From contig JAHRHZ010000022.1 in the NCBI GenBank assembly GCA_024137785.1, positions 22,984,977-23,048,976 on the forward strand: DNA of 64,000 nt, given 5' to 3'. The DNA comes from Ginglymostoma cirratum. Taxonomy: Eukaryota. This document shows, in pieces, positions 27,099 to 39,999 of this stretch. Position numbers and translations under genes: made by a program. The notes below the pieces were generated by a model. That model was given only the letters and a program-made list of their open reading frames with translations, was not told where the DNA came from and did no database searches. The stretch's first letter is position 1, and the number at the start of each line of letters is the position of its first letter.

Positions 27099-27448
27099 TG
27101 GCCAAGCATATAGAAATCCAGAATCACGTCATAGCCATAGCAAGTGAGTATGAGAAGCTGGTGACCAAAAACTTGATATGCAAGACCAGAGGAGGAATTC
27201 AATCGCAAGTTTTGTGAAAAATTCTTTTCTTTTTCTAACAGTCACTCACCACATCATCCAAATTCAGAGATGAAGCCACCTGTGATAACAAAGGCTGAAG
27301 GCTAAAACTGTACCGAAGAAGAAACATTTGTGAGTACCGTGTCTCATTTTAAATAAAATGGAGGCCATGGTTAATATAATTTAAAAATAGCAGTTTTAAA
27401 GGTGTTAAAGGTCAGCTCCAATCTAAGAAAGTGATCCGAAAGCTGCAT

Positions 27449-27680
27449 AAAAACCAAAGATGCTGCGGATGCTGTTAATTAGAGACAAAAATTGAAGTTG
27501 CTGGAAAAGCTCAGCAGGTCTAGCAGCATGTGGAGAGAAATCAGGGTTAACGTTTCGAGTCGAGTGACCCTTCCATCAGTTCTGACGAAAGGCCTTCAGA
27601 CCTGAAATGTTAACTCTGATTTCTCTCCACACATGCTGACAGACCTATTGAGTTTTTCCAGCAATTTCTACTTTAGCTTC
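27449..27680. mobile_element. Fold-back Penelope-like element, family B
   Basis: Inverted arms; + strand hammerhead-like CUGACGA...GAAAUGUU at 27582-27611 and a decayed antisense copy. Confidence 0.85.
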
Positions 27681-28732
27681 TAAAAACACTGCAAAACTTT
27701 TTTATATCTTAAAGGGGCTTACCTGCATCCAAAGGGTGTTCAATTCCACCATCTTGCTTTTTAAACCAACTTAGAAATGTTAAAAAAAAGCATAATGTCA
27801 CAACTTTTTATTTGGCTCATATGCCTGTTATTTTTAAAGTTACAACAAAAGAAGGAGCTATATGAGATATATATATTGTATATATGAAATTTTTGAAGAC
27901 TATTGAGCAATGCAGCAAAGATGAACAATAAACCCCTGAATATGGATTGGTATTCCAGTGATGTTCTGTTATAATTTCAGTTATTCAAAGAAAGAATCTT
28001 CATTTCGTAGATTAATGAGTAACTGATAAGAATTTTGACTGTCTGTCTTCCTTTATCACTTGGGGAAAAGGAGGATTGCAGAGAATAAAATCAAAAGTTT
28101 CCAATGTTTAGAAAATCAACTTAAGGTCCAATCAACTTCAGGATTCACAACCTTGTGTCATGTCATACCATTATCAGCTGGGTAACAGTTCGTAGGCAGA
28201 TGTTGGTGTAAAAGTGTGGAATGTGAATTCATCTCAACTAGCCCAGCTGAATGGCTGATGGAACTGGTTCTTACTTCTATACCTATCAATCTTTCCAAAA
28301 GGCCCTTCTAGACAAACCAGAAAATGAGACCATCAGCACACTGCAAGAAGAGGGATGCACACCGTCGCAGGACAGTAGCAAGTTCAGGTGCTTGAGTCAG
28401 CAACAACTTCTGCAGCCGTCATCAAGAACAGTAAAACATTCAATTGCTTGCAAAATATGAATTTCGCATCCACCAAAAATGTCCAGCATTTTGTGACATA
28501 TGGAAGCTTTGTTCTGAAGAGTACATTGGGCTAAAATGAAGGCTAAGTGTTTGGAGGAACCAAAAGTGCAACTAAATCTTTTTTCCACAGCAGCATGTGA
28601 GGAACAGCCAACCTAGGAACAACACCAAACACGTTTCCAAACTGTCATCCATGGCACACGAGCATGTCAGTGAAATCCAAGAGGTAACTGCAACCTGACA
28701 GCTTACACTCCAGACAGATAGAACATGTAGTT

Positions 28733-28911
28733 TAAAAGCCAAAAGAAATGCAGATGCTGTAAATCAGAAAGTAAAGTTGCTGGAAAAGCTTAGCAGGTCT
28801 GGCAGCAACTGTGGAGAGAATTCAGAGTCATCTCAGGTGACCCTTCCTCAGACCTCTGTTCTGAGGAAGCGTCATTGGACCTGAAACATTAACTCTGATT
28901 TCTTGTCACAG
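28733..28911. mobile_element. Penelope-like element, family B, partial fold-back
   Basis: Family B arm plus CUGAGGA A GCGUC AUUG GACCU GAAACAUU at 28861-28890. Confidence 0.8.
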
Positions 28912-29231
28912 TACACGTGTAAACTTGATACACAAAATTGGCCCTGACGGAAAAGCTTGCGCCTATTCCTCCATCAAGTGATATAGCCTGAAAGGGATGA
29001 ACTATACACCAAAAGTAACAATGGTGCAAGTGTAAATATCATCCTTTACACATACTACAAGAGATGTAGTAAGGAAACAGGCACCATATAGAGCAGAGAT
29101 AACAAGGTGTCGAGCTGGATGAACACAACAGGCCAAGCAGCATCAGAGGAGCAAGAAGGCTGACGTTTCGGACCTAGACCCTTCTTTCGGGCCTAGACCC
29201 TTTCTGAAGAAGGGTCTAGGCCCGAAATGTC

Positions 29232-29631
29232 NNNNNNNNNNNNNNNNNNNNNNNNNNNNNNNNNNNNNNNNNNNNNNNNNNNNNNNNNNNNNNNNNNNNN
29301 NNNNNNNNNNNNNNNNNNNNNNNNNNNNNNNNNNNNNNNNNNNNNNNNNNNNNNNNNNNNNNNNNNNNNNNNNNNNNNNNNNNNNNNNNNNNNNNNNNNN
29401 NNNNNNNNNNNNNNNNNNNNNNNNNNNNNNNNNNNNNNNNNNNNNNNNNNNNNNNNNNNNNNNNNNNNNNNNNNNNNNNNNNNNNNNNNNNNNNNNNNNN
29501 NNNNNNNNNNNNNNNNNNNNNNNNNNNNNNNNNNNNNNNNNNNNNNNNNNNNNNNNNNNNNNNNNNNNNNNNNNNNNNNNNNNNNNNNNNNNNNNNNNNN
29601 NNNNNNNNNNNNNNNNNNNNNNNNNNNNNNN
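29232..29631. other. Assembly gap (400 N)
   Basis: Run of N. Confidence 1.
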
Positions 29632-29649
29632 TCAGAAATGGGGCCATTT

Positions 29650-29677
29650 CTGAAGAAGGGTCTAGGCCCGAAACGTC
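29650..29677 (+). ncRNA. Minimal type-I hammerhead ribozyme motif
   Basis: CUGAAGA A GGGU CUAG GCCC GAAAC GUC; a near-identical motif lies at 29204-29231. Confidence 0.75.
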
Positions 29678-31334
29678 AACCTTCCTGCTCCTCTGATGCT
29701 GCTTGGCCTGCTGTGTTCATCCAGCTCGACACCTTGTTATCGCAGATTCTCCAGCATCTGCAGTTCCTACTATCTCTGAAACCGTATAGAGCAGTCCTTG
29801 TAAGAAGCTAACTATGTATAATGGTCTTCATAACTCATGCATTGGTATTCTCTGTTAAATATCAATGTGCCTTTCAGGATGGATACCTGATGCCTTATTA
29901 CCTTTGACACAGTGGCACCTCTATCCATGGTCTACCAACATGCAGATCTAAATATCTCATCGATCCACAAGGTAACTTACATGTCAAATCCAACATCAAA
30001 GGTTCCAGATCGTAACACTGAGGCTGCACATGATCTGGCTGACCCTTACCTCGACTGTTTTGACTCAATTGATAAAAGTGATGCAGGCTTAATCTAAAAG
30101 ATGATGCCCAACCCAGCATCAACATTCCTTGTAGGTGGATTATTCACATTCAGGATAAAATCAAACTGGAATTAGATTCCTTGGTATGCAACAATAACAT
30201 TTCTAAAATGGAGCATCAGGCTGGCTGGTGCAGCTCCATTACTTGTGTTTTGAAGAAAGATGGTATGCTATGTGTATGTTCAGATCAGACGTGACTGAAC
30301 ATTGCACTAGCGAGATCTCCATACAAGATTACAGCTGTGAAAATTCTCAGGTGCCAAGTGTTTTTTCCAAATTTGATGCCAAGAATTGGTATTAGTTCAT
30401 ACTTCATTACATTAAGTTGGATGAACTGATTATTTTTTGGAACACTTTTCATTAGATATTGAAGTCTTTAATTTCATCTTTTCAAGAAAGATGTCAATAT
30501 TGTTCTTAGTCCTAAAGGAGTCAAAGAATTCAGTAAGAAAGCAGGAACAGGGTGAGTTAGATGATTGACTAATGATCATACTAAATGGGGGAGCAGACTC
30601 AAAAGGCCGAATGGCCTACTTCTGCTCTTGCATTACATGTTTTTACGTGGTTTCGTCAGGTAACTATTTGGACTATTTGTTAGCAAGGAAATGTTCCAAC
30701 GACATATGGATCTTATCATTGAGAATCTGTCACATAGTTTCTGTATTGCAGACGATACAGCAGTTCTCTGGAAACTGAACATGAGCATGACACAAACCTC
30801 CATCAACTTAAGGGGGCAGCAGCAAGAGAACACAGTCCCATTTTTAACACAGCCTGGGTTTGAGTCCCACCTCCACCAGAGGTGTGGAATAATATCTCTA
30901 AAGGTCAATTAGAAGATATCTACTGTGTTGTACATGGATGGGTCACAGAAAGGACTGAGAGCATGTGAGGATGACACAGAGAGACTACAGGGGGATATTG
31001 ACCGGTTAAATTAGTAAGCAAAAACTTAGCAGATGTAATACAATATAGGAAAACGTGAAGTTATGCACTTTGGCAAGAAGAATAGAGAAGGTAAATATTA
31101 TTTAAATGGGGAAAGATTACAGAAAACTATGGATTAGGAAATCCTCATCCATAAATCACAAAAAAACACTAGCCTCCAACTTCAATGAATAATCAGGAAG
31201 GCAAGTTAACTGTTCATTTCTAAAGAAATTGAGTATAAAAATAGTGAAGTCTTGCTAAAATTAATGATAGGCACTAGTCAGACCGCAGCTGGAATACTGT
31301 GAACTGTTTTGGACCCCTTTTATCTAATACCATA

Positions 31335-34300
31335 AACCACAAGATAGAGAAGCAGAATTAAGCCATTTGATACATCACGTCTGTCCCACCATTCAATCAT
31401 GGCTGATGTGTTTCTCAAACTCATTCTCCTGCCTTCTCCCCTTAACCTTTGATCCCCTTTATTAATCAAGAACCTGTCTATCTCTGTTTTATATACACTC
31501 AATGACTCAGCCTCTGCAGCCCTGTGCAGCAATGAGTTCCAGAGATTATCCACTCTCTGGCTGAAGAAATTCCTCTGCCTCTCAGTTCTAAAATGTCGTC
31601 CCTTACAGTGAGGCTTTGGCCCCAGATCCTAGTCTCTCCTAGCGATGGAACTTCTGCATGTGCACTCTATCCAGGCCTCTCAGTATTCCGACAATTTCCT
31701 GCCTTCAGCCTCTTTCCCTCCTTAAACAGGGTTGATACATGAACCAGTTTCCAGCCCCTTGGGACCCTCCCTGACTCCAATGATTCCTGAAATATCATCA
31801 CCAATATCTCCACAGTCTCCTCAGCTGTCGCTTTCAGAACCCTGGTGTGTAGTACATATGGTCTGGGTGATTTATTCACTTTCAGACCTTTCAGACTCCC
31901 CAGCACTTTCTCCTTCATGATGTCACTACACTCACCACTGCACCCAACTCTATTAAAGTTCCAGTCTGCTCCTGGTGTCTTCCACCATGAAGATTGATGT
32001 CAAGTACCTATTCAGTACTTCCACTATTTCTTTGGTTCCCGTAACAACTCCAGCCTCATTTTGCAGTCTACTATTTCTAATGTCCTTTTGTCTCTCTCTT
32101 ACCTTTTAGATATCTTAAAAAAACTCTTGCAAATCTTCTTTTATATCACTAGCTAGCTTACTCTCACATTTCATCTTTTCCCCCACCCCCCAATTGATTT
32201 TTTTTTTAGTTATCCTCTGCTGGTTTTTAAAGGTTTCCCAATCCTCTGGCTTCCCACTAATCTTCACCACATTGCATGCTTTTTCTTTTACTTTTATGCT
32301 GTCCCTGGCATCCCACATCAGCCACAGTTGCCTCATCCTCCCCTTAGTATGTTTCTCCTTCCTTGGGATGAATTTCTGCTGCGCCTCCCAAATTACCCCC
32401 ATTTGCTGCTCCACTCTCTTCCCTGCGAGGCTCGCCTTCCATTCAACTGTGGCCACCTCCTGCCCCATGTCTTTGTAGTTACTTTTACTCAATTTTAATA
32501 CAGCTACATCTGATTCCAGCTTCTACCTCTCAAACTGCAGGGTGAATTCTATCATATTATGGTCAATGCTCCCTAGGTGCTCCTCCACCTCAAGCTCCCT
32601 AATCGAATCTGCCTCATTACACATCACCAGAACTGCCTGTTCCCTAGTGGGCTCTGTTACAAGCTGCTCCAAAAAAACACACCTCACAGATATGCCACGA
32701 TTCCTTTCCTTGAGATCTAATGCCAACCTGGTTTACCCAGTCCATTGAGACTCCTGGTTATCGGTGAGGCAGCAGCTGTAGAGTGGGGGCCTCCTAGCTG
32801 CGGTAGGAGTGGGAGTCCGGCACAGGACCTGGCATTGGCGACCTGTCGGTGAGGTGGGCCCAGTGATGAAGAGATGGCGCCTGAAGGCTGGTGACTCCGA
32901 CATGGGTGGGTCTGGCGCAGGTGTCAGAGGGATGGCAGCACAGGCTTTGTTGGTGAACAGCTCAGGACTCATGGGGGAGGCGGCAGAAGGAAGACAGATG
33001 TTCTTTCAGCTTTATCTTTTTATTCTTAAAATATTCAAACGGTGGTGACAGTTGAATCATTTCACTGTATTTTGCTGTGTTGTTCATTGCAGAGCACAAT
33101 AAATCATCATCGTACTAAAGTCCCCCATGATTATTGTAATAGTGCCTTTCTCACTTGCCTTTTCTATCTCTTGATTTTAGTTTCTGCCCCAGATCTTAAC
33201 TACTGCTAGGAGGCCTGTGCATAATTCCCATCAAGGGGCTTTTTCTTTATAGTTCCTCAACTCTACCCACACAGATTCTATGCCTTCCGACTCTACATCA
33301 GTTCTTACTATCAATTTAATTCCATTTCACACTAACAATGCAACCCTCTGCTGAGCTATCCCCCTTTAACATTTTTCATAATTTTCTGTCCAACTGACCC
33401 CCTACGCCCCCCCACCGCCTCACCATTTAGTTTAAAGCCCTAAGTATGCAATTTACCAGGACTCTGGTCCCAGCATGATTTAGGTGAAGCCTGTCCCATC
33501 AGAACAGCTCCCTCCTTCCCCACTACTGATGCATGAGTTCCATGAATTTGAACCTGTTTCTCCTACACTGACCTCTGAGCCACACTTTTTAATTTTGTTG
33601 ACCCTGTGCCAATTTGCTCATGGCCCAAGTAGTAATCTGAGATTATTGTCTTTTTGGTTCTGCTTTTCAATTTAGCCCCTGGTTGCTCCTATTCCTTAGT
33701 GGAACCTCTTTCCTCTTTCTATCCATGTTGTTGGTACCTGTGTGGACCACAACAATTGGATCTTACCCCTCCCACTCCAGGTTCCTCTGCAGCCCAGATG
33801 AGATATCCTGTACCTGGGAACCAGGCAGGTAACACACGTCTTTGGGATTCTGATCCTGGCCACAGAGAACAGTGTCCATTCCCCTGACCATACTATCCAA
33901 ATTACAACTACATTTCTCTTTTCTCCGGTCCCTTGAATGGCTCCCTGTACCATGGTGCTAAACTCATCCTCCCTCCATCCCCCACTCTCCTCCACACAGG
34001 GTACAAGAATATCAAATCTGTTAGACAGACACAAGGACTGAGGCTCCTTCAGTGCTACCTCCTGGATCCCTCGACTTGCTGGCACCCAAGCCCTCCTATC
34101 CTTTACCACTGACCGAATTCGATGTAGTTAATCTAAGGGGTGAGCCTGCCTCCTGAAACACAGCATCCAGGTAACTCCTGCCACCCCTCCCTGATGTGTC
34201 ATACTGTTCAAAGCTCAGACTCCAGCTCATCAATTCTGAGCTGGAGTTCCTCAAACAACCAACACTTGCTACAGATGTGGTCTCTATGACCTATAATGGG

Positions 34301-34710
34301 GTACATCAGCTCTCATATCATGTAGTTACAACACATCACCTGGCCAGGCATCGCTATTTAGTTCTTAATTTGATTTTTAGGAAATTTCACATGGGTCTTT
34401 AGTTTGCAGCCTGTAAATATTCCCCCTATTTATCTTCAGTCTGAAAGTAACCTAATAGTCAAATAGGCAAATCAGTAGCTACCACCAACCAATGAACTTA
34501 TGGTTTACATGTGATGTAACTCATTTGTGCTGGGCCCTGATCCTTCGTTTCAATTTATCCTGTTTAAAATAAAACTTACAAACTATGAACCAAAAAATGC
34601 AAGCAGAAAGCACCTCTTTCCCTCTGCACTGAATTCCCATGTTGTCTCCAAATTCTCCGAACTATATATTCACCCGGGCTGTGCCTCACTCTAGCTGTGA
34701 TCTCTCCTTC
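31335..34710 (-). mobile_element. CR1 LINE with ORF1 (SGNH esterase-like), endonuclease and 3' end; most of RT deleted
   Basis: ORF1 relic LSNRFDIL...RNVVVI at 33696-34109; APE relic LEQLVTEPTREQA..LGSIDHNMIEF; KSPRPYVLHTRVLK; 3' UTR at 31335-31680. Confidence 0.9.
32745..33111 (+). mobile_element. Unclassified GC-rich retroposon inserted in the CR1
   Basis: Interrupts CR1 sequence (ccagtcca | tactaaagtcccccatg); ends in tttcactgta...aataaa(tca)n. Confidence 0.55.
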
Positions 34711-36940
34711 CTGACCATACAAAGCTAACTGAGGAAACATATACTAGCATCTGCTGGAGTCCAGAGAAGGTTCACCAGGCTGGTCTTGGGGTATGGTGGT
34801 ACTGTCTAGTTAGAAGTTGGGTAAGTGGGCCTGTACTCGTTGAAGTGAAAGAACAAGAGATTACCTTCTGGAAACATACAGGACTCTTAGGAGACTAGAC
34901 AGGGTAGATATGGAAGTGTTCTTCCCCTTGTGGGTGAGTCTAGGACTACAGGGCATCATCTCAGAGTGAGGGGTTGACCATTTCAGACAGAAATGAGGAG
35001 GAATTTCTTCTCGGAGGGCAGTGAATCTGTGGAATTCTTTACTGCAGAGTGCTGTTGAGACTGGGTCATTAAGTGTATTCAAGGCTGAGACATGTTTTAA
35101 TCAGCCAGAGACTCAAGGATCATAGAGAAAAGCCAGGGAAGTGTAAAGTTGGAGATTATCAGATCAAACTTAATCTCATCGGCTAAGCAGGCTTGATGGG
35201 CTGAATTGCCTATTTCTGCTCCTACAGTTTATGGTCTATTACAGGATGACAATCCAATTGCGTTCTAAAATTCCTACAACAACAGCTCAGTCAAAGTACT
35301 TCAAGATAAAAGAGGTAGCTTCTGCTTTAGTTTTTAGAAATAATAAAGTTCATATTTGGCAGCCACTTCATTATTCGTGCCGGCTACAGCCCATCGGAAA
35401 CAATCTGTTAAAAACCTCTTACAAGTGCACCGCCCTGACTTGTGAAGATACAATGGTTCAATTTTGAAGTACAATATCATCCGGGCTCACAGATGACTAT
35501 TCCAGATACTGCTGTCAATTCCAAATCCCACTAGGAACAAAGATAGACTTGCAAATGGGTATTGTTGAATCTGAGTTTGAAAACAGTCTCCACATGGATC
35601 TCGTTGATTTTGATCATAGCCAAGGAGAAAACATTCAACAAGCTACATCGCACGATGTTCAGTCGCAACATCTCAAAAATACTGCCATCAGCAGATACCT
35701 TGAATATATTTAACAGGTTCCTGAGCAAGTACCTATTCTTTTTGGTCATTTGGAGTTGGAAAAGGACTCTTTAGGAATGTCATTTCAAATGTAAACAAGT
35801 GATTATTTTAGAAGCTGTCCATCATAATTTGTGATAGAAATATAGTTCACATGGATGCGGAAAAGAACCTATGTGAATCTATCCATTGGCCTGGCATCAA
35901 TGAGAATGTTGATCAAATTGCGAGAAGCATGCCAATTCCATCAACCTCAACAATTGAGAGCACTTGTCATTCCACACAAGCTTCTTTCCTGCACCATAAT
36001 GCAAGATTGCAACTGATATTTCGATGTCTAGTGACTGACTACTTCAGGAAATTCCCTTTTTGTGACATAGGTCAAAAATGCCACTAGTATGACAGCTATT
36101 GACACAATGGCCACCATATTCAACAATGTTTGATGTTCGTCAACTAATTTTGTCCAATAATTGTCCGCAGCACACGAGGACACCCTTGCAAGACATGCAG
36201 GAAGAGGGTATCCTCTCCTCACAATCTTCAATCGAATGATCTTGCAGAATGTACTGTTTATACAATGAAGTCCAATATCATTAAGTGCAAAACTACTTAC
36301 TAAGATTTTCATATAGATCTATGCTACTCCTCTAAGTAACGTTTTATTCTCATCAGCAGCTGCTGTGTTTGAAAAACACATCCACACAGTTTTCTATCAC
36401 ACTCGCTTACCATCCAATCACAGATACATGATGCCTTGTCGGAATAAAGGAAGAAAATGGTATCCTGGTATGAGCAACAAGCGCACACTCAGTTATCCCA
36501 GCTTGAACCTGAACAAAAATTGTGTCCGAGTTTGAGGTTTCCATATGAGTACTTGGGTTTGTGAAAAGGAACTGCAATAGCATGCCCAGCCCAGTTCATA
36601 CAGGATTGTCATAAACAGTTATCAAACCCTGCAACGAAACAAAAACAAAGCCCAGTTGTACATGACCAATGGTCTGTTATACATTCAGCAACAGAGTCTT
36701 CATTTTGTATTGCACAAGCAGACATCCATGATGCACGATACACATCCATCCATAACGACAGGCAGGGCACCACAGAGTGAAGCAATACAACTAAGTTGTG
36801 ATAATTGCTTATGGACCACATCTGATTGTGTTGTACATCTGCCAAAGTGTTACACTAATGTTTAAATACAACATATCCATGTGCATCTTCGTATATATTT
36901 ATCAGAAAAAAAATCCTATTCGTCAAGGGGGAAAGGGGAA

Positions 36941-37150
36941 TGTTGTATTGATGCACAGATCCCAGAAAGACACTATACCTTTAAGACAGCTAGATGAAAC
37001 ATGGCAAATAATGCTCTGATGTAAGACGTCTCCATCTTACTCTCTGTCCATTCAGTCAGAAAGAAGTTAGTTATTTTGCTTGACAGTCTGTTAATGAGCC
37101 AGTCAACTGTGTATGTAATAAAGTCGTGATCTAAGTAAATAGTTCACTCA
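36941..37150 (+). repeat. 3' LTR of Gypsy element 1
   Basis: Starts TG directly after the PPT aagggggaaaggggaa; similar to 26817 onward; right end uncertain. Confidence 0.7.
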
Positions 37151-37253
37151 AACTGAGTTGATCCAATGGCACAGTGTGTAACGTGTCTGACTAGGAATCA
37201 GAAGGTTGTAATTTCAGCTCCTACCACATTTGAGTGCATGTTTCAAACTTTAG

Positions 37254-37370
37254 GGCTCGTGTGGCATAGTGGTGGTATCCCTACCTCTGAGACAGAGGCC
37301 TGGGTTCAAGTCCCAACTGCTCCAGCAGTGTTTCATAACATTCCTGAACAGGTTAATTAAAAATATCTAT
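37254..37370 (+). mobile_element. Short tRNA-derived SINE-like element
   Basis: A box gtggcatagtgg, B box ggttcaagtccc and an AT-rich end. Confidence 0.65.
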
Positions 37371-38779
37371 AACCCAAACTGTATATATAAGACTGAAATA
37401 TACTAATGCACATGGCTAGTTGTTAATAAACTTCTAGATACCTGTCTCCAAAAACAATCCACTTTTCTGTGCCTTGTTACATGGGAATTCCACAATCATA
37501 CCATCTTTCAGTTGTTCTTTAATTTGTTGAAAAAGAGAATATTATCATCGAATTTAGTGAATGTAGTAGTGATAGGTTCACTGGCATCATTTCTGTTGGA
37601 GTGACTCTCGGGTCTGCTGTATGGTTGAATACGTTAAATTGAGTGAAGGGGATTACCTCGATGCAACTTGCTGCCAGGCCCGATTTTTAAGAGTTTGAAC
37701 GGTCAATGGTTGAAGTTCTTTATCTGGATCTCAAGTTCAAAGAATAGCCCCTAATCCACTTTCCCCTCAACCCTTTCTTGCTTGATAACCATTAATTGCG
37801 TAATTCAGGGCGAGTTAAGGTCAGTCTGGCTTCTGCCAACAGGAATCCATTAGGGATTGTTTTATTGTGGATTTCCTTCCTACAGTCATCAATGATCCTC
37901 CATTTTTGATAACTACTGAAGTCTTGATTCCACAAACTGGCTTTTCATTGGTAACCAAAGTTCCTGGGTGATATATCTCAGGTACACTTACACAACCTTG
38001 AGTTTTCATCTTCGGATGCATTCTCAGAGAAATGTAAAAATCACTTTTTAATTAACTTCTCCAAAAAACAAACAATCAGTGCTGCAAATACTGTTGACCC
38101 TCCATACCTCAATGCAATGACTATCAATCAGCTTCCATAACAACCAACTGACTTGTGTTTACTGTCCTGTCCAGTAGTCTATCACAGTTGCATGGATATT
38201 TTAATACCTAATCTGTGAACCTTCTCAAATTTGTTTCAGCTGTAATATTGTTGATTTCTAGCTTATAGTTTCTAGTCTGTTTGATTGTGGGTAATATGAG
38301 AACAATTACATTTAAAGCTGTTAACTGTAGCTTTCTTTTTGAAAAAGGCTTAGTGAACAAAATAACTTGTTTTTCTGCTGGCAAGTAAAGCCAGACCATT
38401 ATAGCTCCAAAACTGAACAACTCCATCCATCAAATATTCCCAAATGGGCCAGTGATCTAAATGCATCTTATTTTTAACTGTATAATCCCTAGAAAATTGT
38501 CTTAAGTTTGCAAGTCTGCTATAATGTACAGTCAATAAGATATTAAAACAGTATAAATCCTGATGATGTCGGAAGACTTAGCTCTCTGCAGATAAATGTT
38601 CTCAGTTCAGGCTAATCTTACCACATTTTCATCTTATTTTTAAATGGTTACGTTGCAGCAGAATTTTGTTGAGAGCTTCCCTGGTTATGCGTGATCACAA
38701 GACAGGTACAGATTAAAAAAAGGCAAGCCAGACCATCACAGCTTTCAAGTGTCAGAAACGGCTTCAGGGCTTTTTTTGT

Positions 38780-39245
38780 GAAATGCAGCAACTCATCCAA
38801 AGGTCTGCTGTCTCTATATTGTGACTTTCATTCACCGATCACCCCTATACTCATTGACCTACTTTTTGTCCTGGTCCGGCAATACCTCACATTTACAATC
38901 TCGCCCTGCTGTTCGAATCCTTCCCCTTTTCCATCTCTCTTGTCTTTTCCAGACCTCCAAAACTCTAAGATCTGAGCACTCCATCAATTCCAAGCTCCTG
39001 TGCACTCCCGATTTTAGGCATTTAACTACTGGAGGCTGTCTTCAACTGTCTGGACTCCAAGTTTTCAAATTCCTTCTTTAAACATTACTCCCCCTCTCTT
39101 AAAGATATTCCTTGACAATTCCGTCTTTAACCACACCTTTGGTCACCCTTTCAAATGGCTCCTGACGGGGTTTAGTGTCAAATGTTGTCTGAACGTACTT
39201 CTGTGACTGTTGCACCGTGTGCCATACAAATGCAGATTATTGTTG
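38780..39245 (+). mobile_element. L2 LINE 3' end
   Basis: SPITPILIDL..V.Q.L.F matches the L2 HITPVL.DLHWLPV motif; tail atacaaatgcagattattgttgtt. Confidence 0.75.
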
Positions 39246-39999
39246 TTTTCACTGGCCTTTTTGAATGGCCGTTGTCCATTTATTATTCTTTTTGCAAAAA
39301 ATGCTGACATTAGCCTTAACTTACTTTTTGTAGTAGCTCAACATTGAAATTGTTGTTATAGTACATGTATGTCTAAAAACAAACCTTTGAAACATCCTGG
39401 GATTTTTATGACAGTAAAGGCACAATATGAATGCAGTTTGTTTTTGTTGAATTTAAGGACAATAGTGTGTATGAGTGAGTCACTCCCTGTGGCCAATATA
39501 CGACATTATGGATACACACATGGAGGAGAGCAGAGGGTACCTAAAAAGGTCGGCAGTGGTGATCATGCGAGAAGTGAGCATCTAAAAGAATTCAGGAAGC
39601 TCCCTCTTGATGGGGATTCCTACCAACCACAATCCAAACTTTTCCACTTCAAGAAATCTCATCCTGACCTGTCCTCCCACGAGATCCAGTACTTTGTGGA
39701 TCATGCCAAGCTCTTGCGCACACACCCCCAATCCTCTGTCCCTTCCTTAGATCTTCAAAGCTCCCATCCCCTTGATCCATCCAATCACCAACCCCACCCA
39801 CACCCCAGTGAATGTCCCCTCTCTCAACCTCAAGTTCTCCTTGTTGTTCCACGAATGCACCCCTCCCACAATCACTGACATTCCCCTCCCTCCTTCTCCT
39901 GGACACAGCCTGATGCTGAAGACTACCTAGCAGGCTTCTGGGAGACCTCTTGATATAGCTGTCCACAGAGTTAGAATGTTCTGGATTCAAACCCAACAC

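Larger units (their letters stand above)
29097..29780. mobile_element. Fold-back Penelope-like element, family A, spanning the assembly gap
   Basis: TSD acc(a/g)tatagagcag at 29083-29096 and 29781-29794; hairpin centre tcagaaatgg-gg-ccatttctga at 29632-29653. Confidence 0.85.
30955..35240 (+). mobile_element. CR1 LINE 3' part, split into 30955-31325 and 34720-35240 by an antisense CR1
   Basis: LQGDIDRL...HFGKKN...RPQLEYC.LFW, resuming after the insertion with VQRRFTRL and the CR1 3' UTR. Confidence 0.8.
26817..37150 (+). mobile_element. Decayed Gypsy (Mag-like) LTR retrotransposon with many nested insertions
   Basis: Gag zinc-knuckle relic about 28450-28545; protease-like NNGASVNII about 29015-29045; RT (WCSSITCVLKKDGMLCVC, SKFDAK) 30095-30450; RNase H about 35250; integrase (LVTDYFRKFP, QSNDLAE) 36030-36300; PPT 36925-36940; paired LTRs. 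Confidence 0.85.

Noticed and set aside
29216-29811. 143-aa and 194-aa ORFs
   Set aside because: Artefacts of translating through the N gap.
39369-39999. 169-aa (+) and 116-aa (-) overlapping ORFs
   Set aside because: Driven by a C-rich low-complexity segment, probably an unclassified repeat; no motif recognised.
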